The notes under the pieces are model-generated. The model searched no databases, was not told where the DNA came from, and saw nothing but the letters and a program-made list of their open reading frames with translations. 64,000 nucleotides of DNA from Leptogorgia sarmentosa (lineage: Eukaryota): assembly GCA_964658305.1 (NCBI GenBank), contig OZ210885.1, positions 10,726,001 through 10,790,000 of the forward strand, written 5' to 3'. The position numbers and the translations under genes were made by a program. The stretch's first letter is position 1. Each line of letters begins with the position of its first letter. Positions 13,406 through 26,007 of the stretch are shown here, one piece after another.

Positions 13406-16400
13406 TTATCCTAACTACAGCGCGCAACTCAAACTTCATCCGATATACCAGAATATGATTTTTAATTTCTGCACATTCACTGCGGATCAGTATAGATAGT
13501 ATCGTGCAAAATATAACGCGAAACCTGCTCAGCATAAGCAATTTTGTGTGGCATTCTTGATCGGTAATCCCTTCGATTTGTAAGCGCACATTATACGAAC
13601 AGTCTTCCTATATTCTTGTTAGCATATTATAACCCAGCAAAAAATTGAGGAAGCTACAGCCCACTCTGGGCCATGGGCTCTGCTGCGCTTGTAGAAAATA
13701 GTTGCAATTTCTCGTATGATATTTTTAAAGACTTTGTATTCTACTCTACATTGCACAGCCATAGGAAAATATCCGCGAGTACACGCAGTCTGCATTCCGC
13801 AGTAATCGCATTGGCCGAGTCAAGCTAAATATGTTACATTTCGATCGAAATATTTTTAATACAGCAAATATCGTTTTATGTCATAACGTACAATCTTTCC
13901 CGTGTAAAAGTACGAAACCTAAAAGCATAAAGATTTTTGTTCCATAACAATGATCTTCTGTGAATTTAATTGAGAAGAAGAAAGCGTTGTGAACCCATGA
14001 GTAAACTCACTAAAATGCAATCCATCTTGACACTGTAGGTCATTAATTATTATTCAAATTTTCTGATGCCATACAATTTTATTTGTCAAATGGAAACCAC
14101 TTTCTTGCTTAATCATCCTAACATAATGTGAAACAAATTTCATACGCAGATCTTGATCAACGTATTTTTCAAGTTAAATCCTCACTACAATATCACTTGA
14201 GTGGCAAGCTAAAACATTACATCTGGCAAATATCTGTCTCAACGCGTCTTTGCGCACAATAGCTAATCTCAATGGATTTGAAGGTCAAGTATGCTTGATA
14301 TTATTGTAGCTACGATCTTCTCAGTGATGTGAGATAAAGCAAAACAGAAAAACGATGTAATAAATGTTTTGGTGATTGTAATAAATGTAGTGGTGTCCTA
14401 AAGAATGAGGCCGTAGTTGTTATGGAAAATTCGCATTGGGAACATTTCTTTGAAGCCGCGACACATGAAATGAAATAATGATATTTGATACGAATTGTGT
14501 TTATAATGTGCTAGACTGACACAGCGAGCTATCAACCGAAATGTTTTCAATTGCATGAAGCGCATAAAATGTCTTTAAGGCAACATGAATGCTCACTCCA
14601 ATAGCTGCACTTAGGGATGGAAAATAACCACTCATTCAATGTCGTCTCTATCAATCACGTTATTCATTTATAAGTGGAACTGCTAAATCTTCTAGTCCGA
14701 CTCATTTCCTAAGGCTACCTCGACCTCCATAAGTCCATAAAGTTCCGCGTTTATGTATCGCAGCTTTTCAAAGCCTGATTTACGCCTGCGTTGTGGATAT
14801 TATATTAATTTATAAAATTTACTGTCATTTCTCGGTCATTTCTTAGTACACACCCCACTTCGTTAATTCTTGAGATAGTAACTTCGAAGCCAAAAAATAT
14901 ACTAGTGTAGTATGCTACTCAAGTTCAGTGACCTGGTCTAGTAGAAACATTATCTGTATGTATATTAACTATAACTCTGTGTATAGTAAATCTCAGTATG
15001 AGTCTATAAATCAGGATCAAGACCTTTTGGTGATTTCAACGAACAAAGGCAACTGATTCTTGTAGGTGAATCACCAGATATCTCACATCATAACAGTGAG
15101 AATATTTCAGCGCATATTATGAAATTTTACACTAATAATCAGTCATTATAGCGATATGTAAAAATTATGTTAGGTTAACTTTTCAATTTTAAAACCTACA
15201 ATATTGTTGCAAATCATTCTGAGTCATGTCTCGTATTGCATATTTCAATAAATATGAGTAGACCTTGTTTGTGCTTTTTTGCCTTGTCTTATGGTAATGC
15301 AAGCTATAACAATAACATGTGTAGGTAGCATTATACAACACGCTGAAACAGGAAAATATTCAATTCGAATCCATACATTTATCCATCTTAGAATAACTCA
15401 TATTTCTCGTATTGTGTAGCATATTTGAAGATCATTTTGCACCACATTCCAAAGGCATTTGCGAGTGTACACAGTCTGCATTCCACAATAATCGCGTTGG
15501 CTAATTGACACTAGAAATATTATGTTTCTTACCTTTATTTCAGTATGTCTATCGCAACATTTTGAATAAATCTTTTCTTGTGCTATATCGTACGGACTTT
15601 ACGTTCAAAGTACTAAACATAAAAGTGTAAAGATTTCGGATCCCAAATAGATAATCTTCTTTTAGTTTCAAAACGAAAGTGGAAATAAATCATTAGGCTG
15701 CACGTATGCTAAGAGCAATGCGAGAAAATATTGAAACCTGACACGTTAAAAATACATGGCATGTTGCTTGGGAAACAAATAAAACTTCAATCAAGAGTAT
15801 CGAAAGTTCAATATGGCCTCTTTCTACTACGACTTGTGTTAATTATAGATTGCATTACCAGCGCTCTCACAACGAATTTTCAAAATTCCTTAGCGTAAGC
15901 TTCGGAATTCCTCAGATATTCCCAAAATTCCTTAAATGACTTGTTTGTCCTTGCAACTACCCCCAAAGTACCCTGCAATCCCGTTCTTTTGCCTCTTGTT
16001 TTAAAAACAAGACTCAAATAGTTTCAAAATCGTTAATAAACACAATTTGTGAGGTAACTGAGCTTACTAAAGTATATACAAGATAAAATGGGATTGAATG
16101 AGCGACTCATCATCTCCTGAGCCGGACCGGAAGCGCACATTCGCGCTAATTATCAGAAACTATAATTATGTAAATTGTGTTTCACAGGCATTTTACCACG
16201 GAGATAAAGAATTACTTCATTATTAATTAGTAATTCTTTAGCTCAGGGCATTTTACCAAAGGCTTTTCTCACTGAGCTAAAGAATTACTGGAGAGAGTGG
16301 CTTTTCTCGAAATATTAAAATTCCTTAGAAAATTCCTTAAAAATTGAATTCCTTAAAAAAATCCTTAAAACTTTGCTAAATTCCTATTTCTGAGGAAAAA

Positions 16401-16740
16401 TCCTTAGAAGTGAGAGCACTGTGCATTACACATCGTTTTGCCTGCGTGAGTGCCTGTTATAATTTAGTTGGCGTTACTGTAAAATTATGACCTGAAAAAC
16501 ATTCAAAATTAGTAATAGATACTATATAGTGTCATGGATTAACTTGGAATAAAAATAGTTGTGGAAATCTAGCTATAAAATAGTAAACCAGAATATATCG
16601 CCAATCTCCCAACGCCTCTCGTGAATACCGCTGGGTTACATTAGTGCATGATGGAAATGTTTATTGGTACTGAAGAAGATAACCTTGATTGTCAATGCTT
16701 GAACTCATTAACTCCAATCCATGTACTTTATTATTTTATT
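13406..16740 (+). repeat. Copy A of a local non-coding segmental duplication
   Basis: Colinear, highly similar to 30689-33540; starts ctaactacagcgcgcaact in both. Confidence 0.85.
15859..16421. mobile_element. hAT-type MITE
   Basis: TIRs CAGCGCTCTCAC / GTGAGAGCACTG; 8-bp TSD TGCATTAC (15851-15858, 16422-16429); absent from paralogous copy B near 33230. Confidence 0.85.
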
Positions 16741-17171
16741 CTGAAAACGATGTAAAATGTTTTGGTGATTGTAATAAATGCAGTGGTGCCCAAAAGAATG
16801 AGGCCGTAGTTGTTATGGAAAAATCGCATTGGGAACATTTCTTTGAAGCCGCGACACATATGAAATGAAATAATGATATTTGATACGAATTGTGTTTATA
16901 ATGTGCTTGACTGACACAGCGAGCTAGCAACCGAAATGTTTTCAATTAATGCATGAAGCGCATATAACGTCTTTAAGGCAACATGAATGCTCACTCCAAT
17001 AGCTGCACAGGGATTGAAAATAACCACTCATTCAATGTCGTCTTTATCAATCACGTTATTCATTTATAAGTGGAACTGCTAAATCTTCTAGTCCGACTAA
17101 GTCTACCTCGAGGTCCGTAAGTATAAAGCTCCGCGTTTTTGTATCGCAGCTGATCAAACCCTGATTTACGC
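16741..17171 (+). repeat. Partial third copy of the duplicated segment, interrupted by the Mutator element and resuming at 30143-30688
   Basis: Matches about 14345-14785; the sequence after 30143 continues the match to about 15230. Confidence 0.8.
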
Positions 17172-17597
17172 CGGAATCTGTAAAATCCGGAACATGAAAA
17201 GCCGGAATCTGTAAAACCCGGAACGAGAAAAGCCGGAATCTGTAAAACCCGGAACATGAAAAGCCGGAATCTGTAAAACCCGGAACATGAAAAGCCGGAA
17301 TCTGTAAAACCCGGAACATAAAAAGCCGGAATCTGTAAAACCCGGAACATGAAAAGCCGGAATCTGTAAAACCCGGAACATAAAAAGCCGGAATCTGTAA
17401 AACCCGGAACATAAAAAGCCGGAATCTGTAAAACCCGGAACATAAAAAGCCGGAATCTGTAAAACCCGGAACATAAAAAGCCGGAATCTGTAAAACCCGG
17501 AACATGAAAAGCCGGAATCTGTAAAACCCGGAACATAAAAAGCCGGAATCTGTAAAACCCGGAACATGAAAAGCCGGAATCTGTAAAACCCGGAACG
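17172..17597 (-). repeat. Left subterminal 31-bp tandem array (about 13-14 units)
   Basis: Unit CCGGAATCTGTAAAACCCGGAACAT(A/G)AAAAG. Confidence 0.95.
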
Positions 17598-18819
17598 AGG
17601 TTTTACGGCAAAATGAGCATGTTTACTGTAACACAGTCTCTCATGTAAAAATAATGTAAAATGCACTTTTGACTAAACTTGTTATGCCACAACCTACCAC
17701 GCAGATACAGAGAGATGAAAAGAATGAAACGTTTTCGCAACGTTCGCAACGAAACCAAGACAAGCACTTTTCTTTCTTTTATGTACGAGTGCACTACAGC
17801 TAAGACTTCTCATTTATCCGGATTTCGTGCTCTATGATATTTTATACACTGCAATAAAAATCTGTCATACTTGCCGGAGGAGCCATAGACCTTTGATTTA
17901 GGTACAAACGATAATACTATGAATCATATATGACCCTAACATATACTCACATAGTCAGAGAGACAGGAGAGAAAGGAAAACGCAGCGTAATAAGGTAGTA
18001 CTTTCAAACCTACGCAAAGAATAAACTGGCATGAATCAACCAATCAGTCGAACCCTTAAATCGCATCGACAAAGACCAGGCCAAAGGGAGACAGTCCCTA
18101 GCAGAGCCAAAAACGAGGGCAAGCCTTTAGACGGCTATGCGCGTGTCAAGGTTGTGCGCGCGTAAGCTCTAATCGGTTTTATTGCTTGTCGAGAATTATA
18201 AATTCAACCTTGTTTTTGTTTGTTCTGAACACTATATGCGCACGGCAATTTATACTTTGTTATGTTATATAACGAACGAAAAATTCTGCCTAGTGGAAAA
18301 TGGCGTGGATATATTTATTTAAAGTAAACTATTTGCTTGCGAATAGGAATTTTAACCATGCCGTCGTGTAGGTATTGTAGATATTGTAGATAAGAGAATG
18401 GCTCCAGGTGAAGGCGTGGAGGAAACTTGTACTCCAAAGATAAAAATCTTGCTGTAGGTAAATAATTCATGGCAAGATGGAGTTCAGGTTGTGATGGTTA
18501 TCCTTGCTAGCTGCTCTTGTTCGTATATCAATAATTGTCATTCGATATTTTTTGAGTTTTTTTTATGAAAACTTTGAGGAACACGTTGTTAAAGGAATGG
18601 AGTTAAGTTATTCTGATTAGTTAAACAGTTTTTGAACATGCGGCAGTTAGAAATTTTGTGTCGACTCTTAGCTTCGACAGACTGGCTAATAAATTGTGAC
18701 TTGCAACTTAGGTGTCGTATGACATATTACACTTAGTGATATCACAACGAAACGCGTGCTTTATAAAGCATCTTTAATGACACATCCGATCTTTGCTTTG
18801 CTGCATTCTTGGGGACAAG

Positions 18820-19603
18820 ATGTCTTTCAAATTCCCTTGCTTTAATTCTAAAGCAAAGAATTCTTATCCAGAGTTTACGAAAGGTCTTGAAACATTTTCG
18901 TGGAAAGACCTCTCAAACACAAGTGAAATTGGGAGGGGATCATTTGGAGTGGTTTTACTCGCTTCGTTTAACACTAGCGCTACCTCGAAAGCAGAAAAGG
19001 TCGTTGTCAAGAAGCTATTGCCGTCGAGTAGATTCGACGAGAAACAGCGTTTCTTCAAGGAAGCCAGGTTGTTACACAGTCTCGACCACAAGAATGTCAC
19101 GAAATTTAGAAAAGTGTGCCTGGAACCACCAGCAATGATGATGGAGTATGTTTCCTTTGATTTTACACCATTTTGTCCGGACGGACAAAAGGTAAGCAAC
19201 CTGCAAGATTTTCTGGGCTACTTGGACGAGAGTGATGCTGTTGGTGAATTCCCTCCGGCCCTGTACCGAAAAGTTGTCAGTGATGTCGCAATGGAATTGA
19301 AGTACTTGCATGAGACAAACGTGTACCACAGAGATTTAAAAACTTCAAATATCTTGGTTAGTAACATCCATTACTGCGACCTCAATAAAGAGGATCTTTT
19401 GGAAGCTTTTAACCTCAATCCTATCGTATGTAAGTTAACTGACTTTGGCGAAGGCAGATCATTGGGCATACAAACGCAATTATTGGCCAATACTAAGACC
19501 ACTAATGTCGACCGAGGCACCCCATCCTTCATGGCTCCAGAAATTCATACGCTGCGAGAAGTCGGAGCAGAAGACTTAAAACGGATAGATATGTGGGCGT
19601 ACG
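18820..19603 (+). CDS. Ser/Thr (TKL-like) protein kinase domain, exon 1 of the transposon gene
   Basis: GRGSFG, VVVKKL, KEARLL, HRDLKTSN, DFG, GTPSFMAPE, DMWAYG; donor GTAAG at 19604. Confidence 0.92.
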
Positions 19604-19844
19604 GTAAGATACGAAACTATATTTTAATACTAAACTCATCAACGAACACTAAAGGATGATTTTCATTCAGCGAATTGAGCGGAAAAATATCGCATGATCG
19701 ACTTTCCTGCTCGCTATCTATTGAATTGCAATGATTACATGCAGATCAGTGGATTGTCATTACAAAAGAAAAACAGTGTAAAACGTCGATCGCGTGACTT
19801 AAAACACCTGTTAGCCTCAGAATAACATGATATGTCTATGTTAC

Positions 19845-20180
19845 TGTTAAACCTGATTTAGATGCTGTTTGATCGCTTTTGCCCCGGATTAAATGAAGCG
19901 TAAAATGATTTTGAGGTATTGAAATGAGGCTAGTTTATGATTTGACGAAAATGTTTAATTCCTGATTGCTTACGATTTTGTTCTGCTGAAACATGAAACA
20001 GTTAAAATGTTGTAAAATATATCTATTTTATTGAGCAGTACCAGAAATGTTTTAGCTTTGGTAGTTTGGTTGATTCGTTTCATAAAATGACTCATTTCAA
20101 TACCTCAAAATCATCCTATGATTCATCGAATCCAGGGTAAGCGAGATCATATAAACAAATTAAAACAACCCTAACAGTAT
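19845..20180. mobile_element. Degenerate palindromic MITE in intron 1 of the transposon gene
   Basis: atgattttgaggtattgaaatgag / ctcatttcaatacctcaaaatcat inverted arms with weaker outer pairing. Confidence 0.55.
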
Positions 20181-20482
20181 CAATAATCAAAGCTCCAGTG
20201 ATCACAGTAGGAAGTTTTCATAGGTAAACTACTAGCAAGCTGGAAGCGAGTGCCTTCAAATATAGTAATTAGATGAAATTTCTAGTCCCAGCAAGCTTGC
20301 GGGTTGGTTTTTGCATGCGAATGACTGATGAGTGGAAAAAGCATTCAGATATTGCATCATTTCCCTCGAACATTTCAAATCCTTCAAATTCTATGTAAAA
20401 TCCCTACAGTTATCAAAGAAACTTCCTTTCAATCAGCTATAACTGGGTGACCATCAGCAGTAATTTCTTCTATATTTTATAG

Positions 20483-21470
20483 GCATGGTTATTTACTGCA
20501 TTTTAAATCCGAATGCCAAATTTCCTTTTTATATCGATGCTAAACATGCACGCGAGGAATGGTCCGGTCCCGGGCAATTTCAGATTTTGAAATTTGTTGA
20601 AGACAAGCTTATCAACAAGCATAAGCCAACGCATTCTACTAAGTATGCCAACTTCCGTGAAGATGAAGAGCTGCAAAATTTAACTGGACTATAGGAACGA
20701 TGTACAGCATCTGATTCCACAAAACGGCTAACTGCAACAGAGGTCGTGAATTTACTAGCTAGCAATGACCATCTCGACATTATTCCATTGGCAATTAGCC
20801 AAAACTCTGCACTGGAGAGGTACGACATGCAGGTTGCAGCGAATGAGGCTGAAGAGATCGATCCACTTTTGGAAAACGCCATAAATGCTTGCTCATTTAT
20901 AGCTGTGGTTCTGGGTGATCTCATTTTATCTCCGTCCGAGAGCTCATCTGCAGAAACATCCCAAACTGATTTCAAGGCAAAGGTCATATCGTACGCTGAA
21001 CGATCATTAACCGACTACCCTCGTTACTTCAACCAATACAGGAACACTGAACAGCTTTACGACGCGCAAGAAGCGTACACGATTTTAAGACAAGCTGGAG
21101 TGATCAACAATGAGTACGAGCTGACAGAAGAAGTGTTGACATCGCATTGTGCCTATTCAGAAGATGGACGGACGATTTTCTTAAGTGCAATGGATAAGCT
21201 TCATCGTGAAATTCAGAGTAACGAGAAAAACGTATCTATCGCTGTCTACACGTTTGGAAAATACGTGATTTTAATTGGATGCGCTAACGGCAGGTTTTTC
21301 CTTGTGGACAGCCATCCGGTAGTCGAAGATGCTCACGGAAACAAAACAGGAGTAGCGTTGTTTACTGACGGGCACCCAATGCAATCTTCTTTCCTTTACG
21401 AATGGCTGATACGCAGGTTTCGCAAGTCTGGAGTGGCAAAAGAAAGTATGCAGTCATTTGCGATACTCAA
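20483..21470 (+). CDS. Exon 2: kinase C-lobe (with premature TAG) followed by a putative papain-fold cysteine peptidase (C76-like)
   Basis: One frame runs through TAG 20692: GMVIYCIL...L*ERCTASDSTKRLTATEV; then NACSFIAV (Cys 20890) and GRFFLVDSHP (21307-21315). Confidence 0.6.
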
Positions 21471-23693
21471 GTAAGTCTTTCTTCGTTTATTTTTTTTGTC
21501 TCCGACCTTAGCTACAGGGACCGCGTCACACTAACTATAGTTAACTTTAACAAATATTCTTATAAAACCGGGGAGTTTATTTTGTATAAAACCATGAGTT
21601 TATTTTGTTAGAAAATGTTATCAAAATAGCTGAAAAACGTTAAACCTTGCAAGGACAACTGTTACACGGTTTTAATGTCGAAACTGTATGGCACCGCAGT
21701 TTTTACAGTGTAATGAAAGGAACTTATATGTAGGGGCAAGGAACTGTGACCCATGCACTTCTTAATTTCAACGTTCTTATTTAATAGACCCACAACTACA
21801 CACTCGTCCTGCACTTCTGCGATTGGGCCACCAGAGGCCACACAAAACTCAGCGTCAGACTCCGCAGGTAATATAAACGCATGGTATCGCGTTATTGGTA
21901 TATCTATAGGTTCATCTCATATATTGTCAATTAGATAAAAAATGAAATTTATTTCAACTATAACATTAAAATTTAGAATTTCCTCTAATTCAAACGGAAA
22001 CAAGTTGTGACAGTGTCAACCATGAAGGGGAGTCGACCACCAACATTCAGGCAAAAGCTAATGACAAGGTATTAACTGTAACAAATTTCTTACCTAGACG
22101 TCAAATGTCGGTTGTAGAGATTCAAATCTTTTTCTCAAATGAATTGATCTAAATGTGAAACTTTATGATGACATAGTTCCATTGTACTGTATTTTATAAA
22201 ACATTGTACTGTGTTTCTATAATTTATGAAGACATCGATGTATAGATTTGGCGAGCAGAAAGCGCATGTAGAGCTGGGGTAGCTTAAGGGTTTGTTAGTA
22301 CATTTACAAAATAATTGCAGTATCTACAGTAGTATATATCCTAGCATTGTGCTTATTCTACTAAAGGCAGAGGCAGTTACGTGTGAAAAGGATATTGTGG
22401 ATGCAGAGAACCAATCTTCAAGGTATATGAAATCAGTAATACGTTTCTATATTTAGAATGTTATATAAGTTTAAAATGTTTAGGGAAGACAATGTCGACA
22501 TACGTGTAATATATTGCATGATTGCAGAGAACTATGACTTTATAAAAGATGAACCCATGAATAGCTAGAGTCTGTTTCGATTGCATGGGTGTTTTTTTTC
22601 ATCTCTCTCAAGCACTTACAGGATATACTTGCGTTTTGAAATTACTACTATTATCTTAATCTTAACTTTCTTGTTAAATAGACCCACAACTACACACTTA
22701 TCAAGTACTTTGCTCATTGATCAACCAGAGGACACAGAAAGCGCAACGCCATACTCTTCAGGTGATATAACAAGTCTTCCATATTAACAAAACATAGCAT
22801 CGTTTTCCTGGGAATCTACGAAATCCCAAAATTCCAGAGATTTTTTTGGAATACTTTAAAAAATGGAATTGATATTTTTTATAGGAACGCCTCGCCCACC
22901 TGCTACCCTTGAAAGTGTGCATAACAAAAGTTCAAACTGTCCGGTTGTGGACTTGACTAGTTTTAGTTCTGACGACGACATTGGTGAAAGAACTGCGGAC
23001 ATTGTCACAGCTGGCGAACACGACAGCAATTCGCAGGTAATTTTCAATTTCAAGGCTAATTAATGACGTAGCTACGACGCGTCATTCACGTAATCATCAC
23101 CATTTGCGTTTTAAATGCTATTTATCACAAATACACGACGCACAAAAAATACCTTATAATAGCAACGGGGATATTATTTTAGCACTGTTGTAAGAAAATT
23201 TCATATTTAAGTATTTCAAATTAGAAGTACTACTATTATTAGTGATAATTGGAACTCTGCTAGCTAGATTTTAACTGATCATGTGATCAGTTTGTAACAT
23301 ATACTTCACCCCACAAGAGTGTAAAAATTTGTTGTGAAAACCAAACGGTGGGAAAGCACAATGAAGCATAAAATATTATTTAATAATCAAATTATTTTTT
23401 TGCACACGAAAATATAGTTTATGCACGGTCTTTGACCGTGGTTTCACCGCGACGTTCGTATATTGAACATTTATTTATAGTTCATTTTCTATATTATATT
23501 AAAGAATAACAACGCAAACGAGTCCCAAAGTGGTTCGAGTAAGGGAGAGCAGTCGGATAAAGACGAGTCTTCCAGGTATGTATAGTATAACTTCTGTAAG
23601 TGTATTCGTTTTACAGCTCAGTTTTACCATTCAAAGTGGACATATTCTTTACACGTGCTGAATCATATGACATGTTGAATGTATTGTTGATAG

Positions 23694-24142
23694 TGGTGAA
23701 GAGCTGCCAGTTGAAAGTTACAAACCCGTTGGCGAACCTTACAAGGATGATGCCATGACCCCAGTCTTCGCGTGGAATAAGACAGCGTACACTAGTGAAC
23801 AATTGGTCTTGATACTTTTGGGAACGTACGCCGCAGAAGAAACGTGCATATCTCAACCTATTAACGTTTCCCACAACGTTTCCTTCCTAGTGGATACCAG
23901 ATCTTTTCAGCACGCAGATGACCTAAAGTGTGACGACATGGGTGCCTGGAAGCACAATGGTTCCCCAAAATGTAGTTTCAGAGTGGTTAAAGACTCCAAT
24001 GGAATTAAAAAGATTGTTTCAATGGGTAGAAATTATGACAAGTCAACCCGGCGGCCAAGTGCCAATGATTACGAACTGAGGAGGACGTATTACCAAAATA
24101 CTTCAGATCCTGCTGTCCGCAAGATTGTATGCAAATTATATG
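23694..24142 (+). CDS. Exon 9: CG-1-like DNA-binding domain
   Basis: DDLKCDDMGAWKHNG...LRRTYYQNTSDPAVRKIV, continuing into YVLVQYLF in the next exon; resembles the CAMTA CG-1 motif order. Confidence 0.5.
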
Positions 24143-24483
24143 GTACGTATCTACGTTTATATTCCATGGACTTTAAATTGCAATTATTCTTCTGGGATCA
24201 TGATCGGCCGTACCGCCCTTTGAGTGGCGCTGTACCGAGGGAGAGGCAACCGAGATCAGTCTGCTATAGCAAAGTATTAACCTTAGAATTGGAATCGAGG
24301 CCATTAGGTAAAAATACAATTGAATAATCGGTAAGGTCCAATTGAGAAAACTTCAAATAGTACTGATCTCAAATAGTACTGATTCCTCAGACTCGTGCAA
24401 TTATGATCATCTTTGAAAAAAAATATTCAGTGTTGTAGCTATATTGTTTGATTACTATTATATTATATCACCTTTTACTCCAG

Positions 24484-25571
24484 ATACCTCTGTTCAACAA
24501 CTCCCGTATGTGCTGGTGCAATACCTATTCAAAGGCCCTGAGCACGAGGTAAAACGCAAACCGCATGGGAACGCAAAGAGAAAATCATCATACAAGCGGC
24601 TCTTACCAAGCACAAGGGACAAACTAAAACTTTCAATTACGGACAAAGAGAAGACTGCAAAAGAAGTTCTGGACGAAGTTTATGTTTCTGCTGGTGATGT
24701 CGCAATGGCCCGTTCGCTAAGTGAGCTGCCTAGGGGACCCAACGATATATACAACGCCAGACGTTCCGCACGACAGGAGAACGCCGTTAATATCGAGCCA
24801 AGAAACCGCTCCCGGATTGCAGGAGAATGTGCTCCAACTAGCAATGTAAGGTTAGACAGTGTTTGGACACTTTTAGAACGAGCCAAGAGAGAAGAAGATG
24901 AATCGAAAGATTCAGTGTTTATAAGAGAGTGCTCGATACATCCCGCTCTTTTTGTTGTCCTGGCAAACGACCAACAATTAGATGAACTTGTGCAATTTTG
25001 CACAAACCCCCGGAGTTTCTGCGTGCTTGGAATAGATCCCACGTTTAACATTTTTGATAGGAACATAAGTCTCACTGTAACAACTTACAGAAACCTCAAG
25101 TTAGAAAATAGTAAAACCGGAAAACCTCCAGTGTTCGTGGGGCCGTTACTCATGCATCAGCGAAAGGATTGGCAGACGTTTTCAAAATTTGCGCACTCTT
25201 TGAAAACGGCCAGACCGGATCTCGAAGGAATTCTTGCATGCGGTACGGATGGCGAGAAGGCTTTAATCGATGGTTTCAAGCGAAATCTTCGTTTCGCTCT
25301 GTTTCTGCGTTGTTTCATTCACTTCAAGGACAACGTTAAAAGAGAACTGACTGACAGAGGAATCTCACCGGAGGCCAAAGCCCAATACCTGACTGAGATA
25401 TTCGGTAAACAAGAAGGAACGTCGAAGTACACTGGCCTTGTCGACAGTAACTCGGCTGAGCAATTTGAGAGCAGACTCGAAGGTCTTAAATCTGAATGGG
25501 AAGAAAGAGAAACCGTGTGTGGAAACAAGAGCAAGAAGCAAACGTTTTTCGAGTGGTTTACGAGTGAAAAG
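24484..25571 (+). CDS. Exon 10: MULE (Mutator) transposase catalytic domain
   Basis: GIDPTFN (first Asp), GTDGEKAL (second Asp) and LRCFIH (CxxH) are diagnostic Mutator motifs. Confidence 0.9.
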
Positions 25572-25664
25572 GTACGCCAAGCATTTTGTTAGCCCTAAGG
25601 GGGCTTAAACGGCCTCCCCTACTTTCTAATGAGCGCCTCTTTTTAGATGAGGAAAATTATTATG

Positions 25665-25696
<32 letters not shown>

Positions 25697-26007
25697 CTCG
25701 TTTTACACACATTTTTCTGGCTGGAAAGAAGTAAGCCCCCGTCTCTAATTAGCTCTCTCCCTTTAAAAGGGTCTGACAATGAGCCCCCTCCCGAAGAGGC
25801 GTTTCTTGTCTAGATGGTGTTCTCGACAAACGTTTCCGTCAGTGTAAACGGACAAGTGAGAAGGTTCACACGGAAAACCGCTGCCTCTCAAATTCGGCCA
25901 TTGTATCACAAACGCAATGTGACGCGAATTTTGTCAATACCAATCTTGTCAACCATGCAATCAATTAAAAATAATGTTTTTTTCTCATGATTTTTTTTTT
26001 ACACCAG

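Noticed and set aside
17172..17597. Possible CRISPR array
   Set aside because: Units are contiguous with no unique spacers, the context is eukaryotic, and the array is mirrored at the other end of a transposon.
17056..17666. Repetitive ORFs in three frames (also 29594-30190)
   Set aside because: Artefact of a stop-free 31-bp tandem repeat in the TIRs; not genes.
18793..19659. Stand-alone host kinase gene
   Set aside because: Lies between the TIRs and splices in phase towards the transposase; the ORF-track ends run into UTR and intron.
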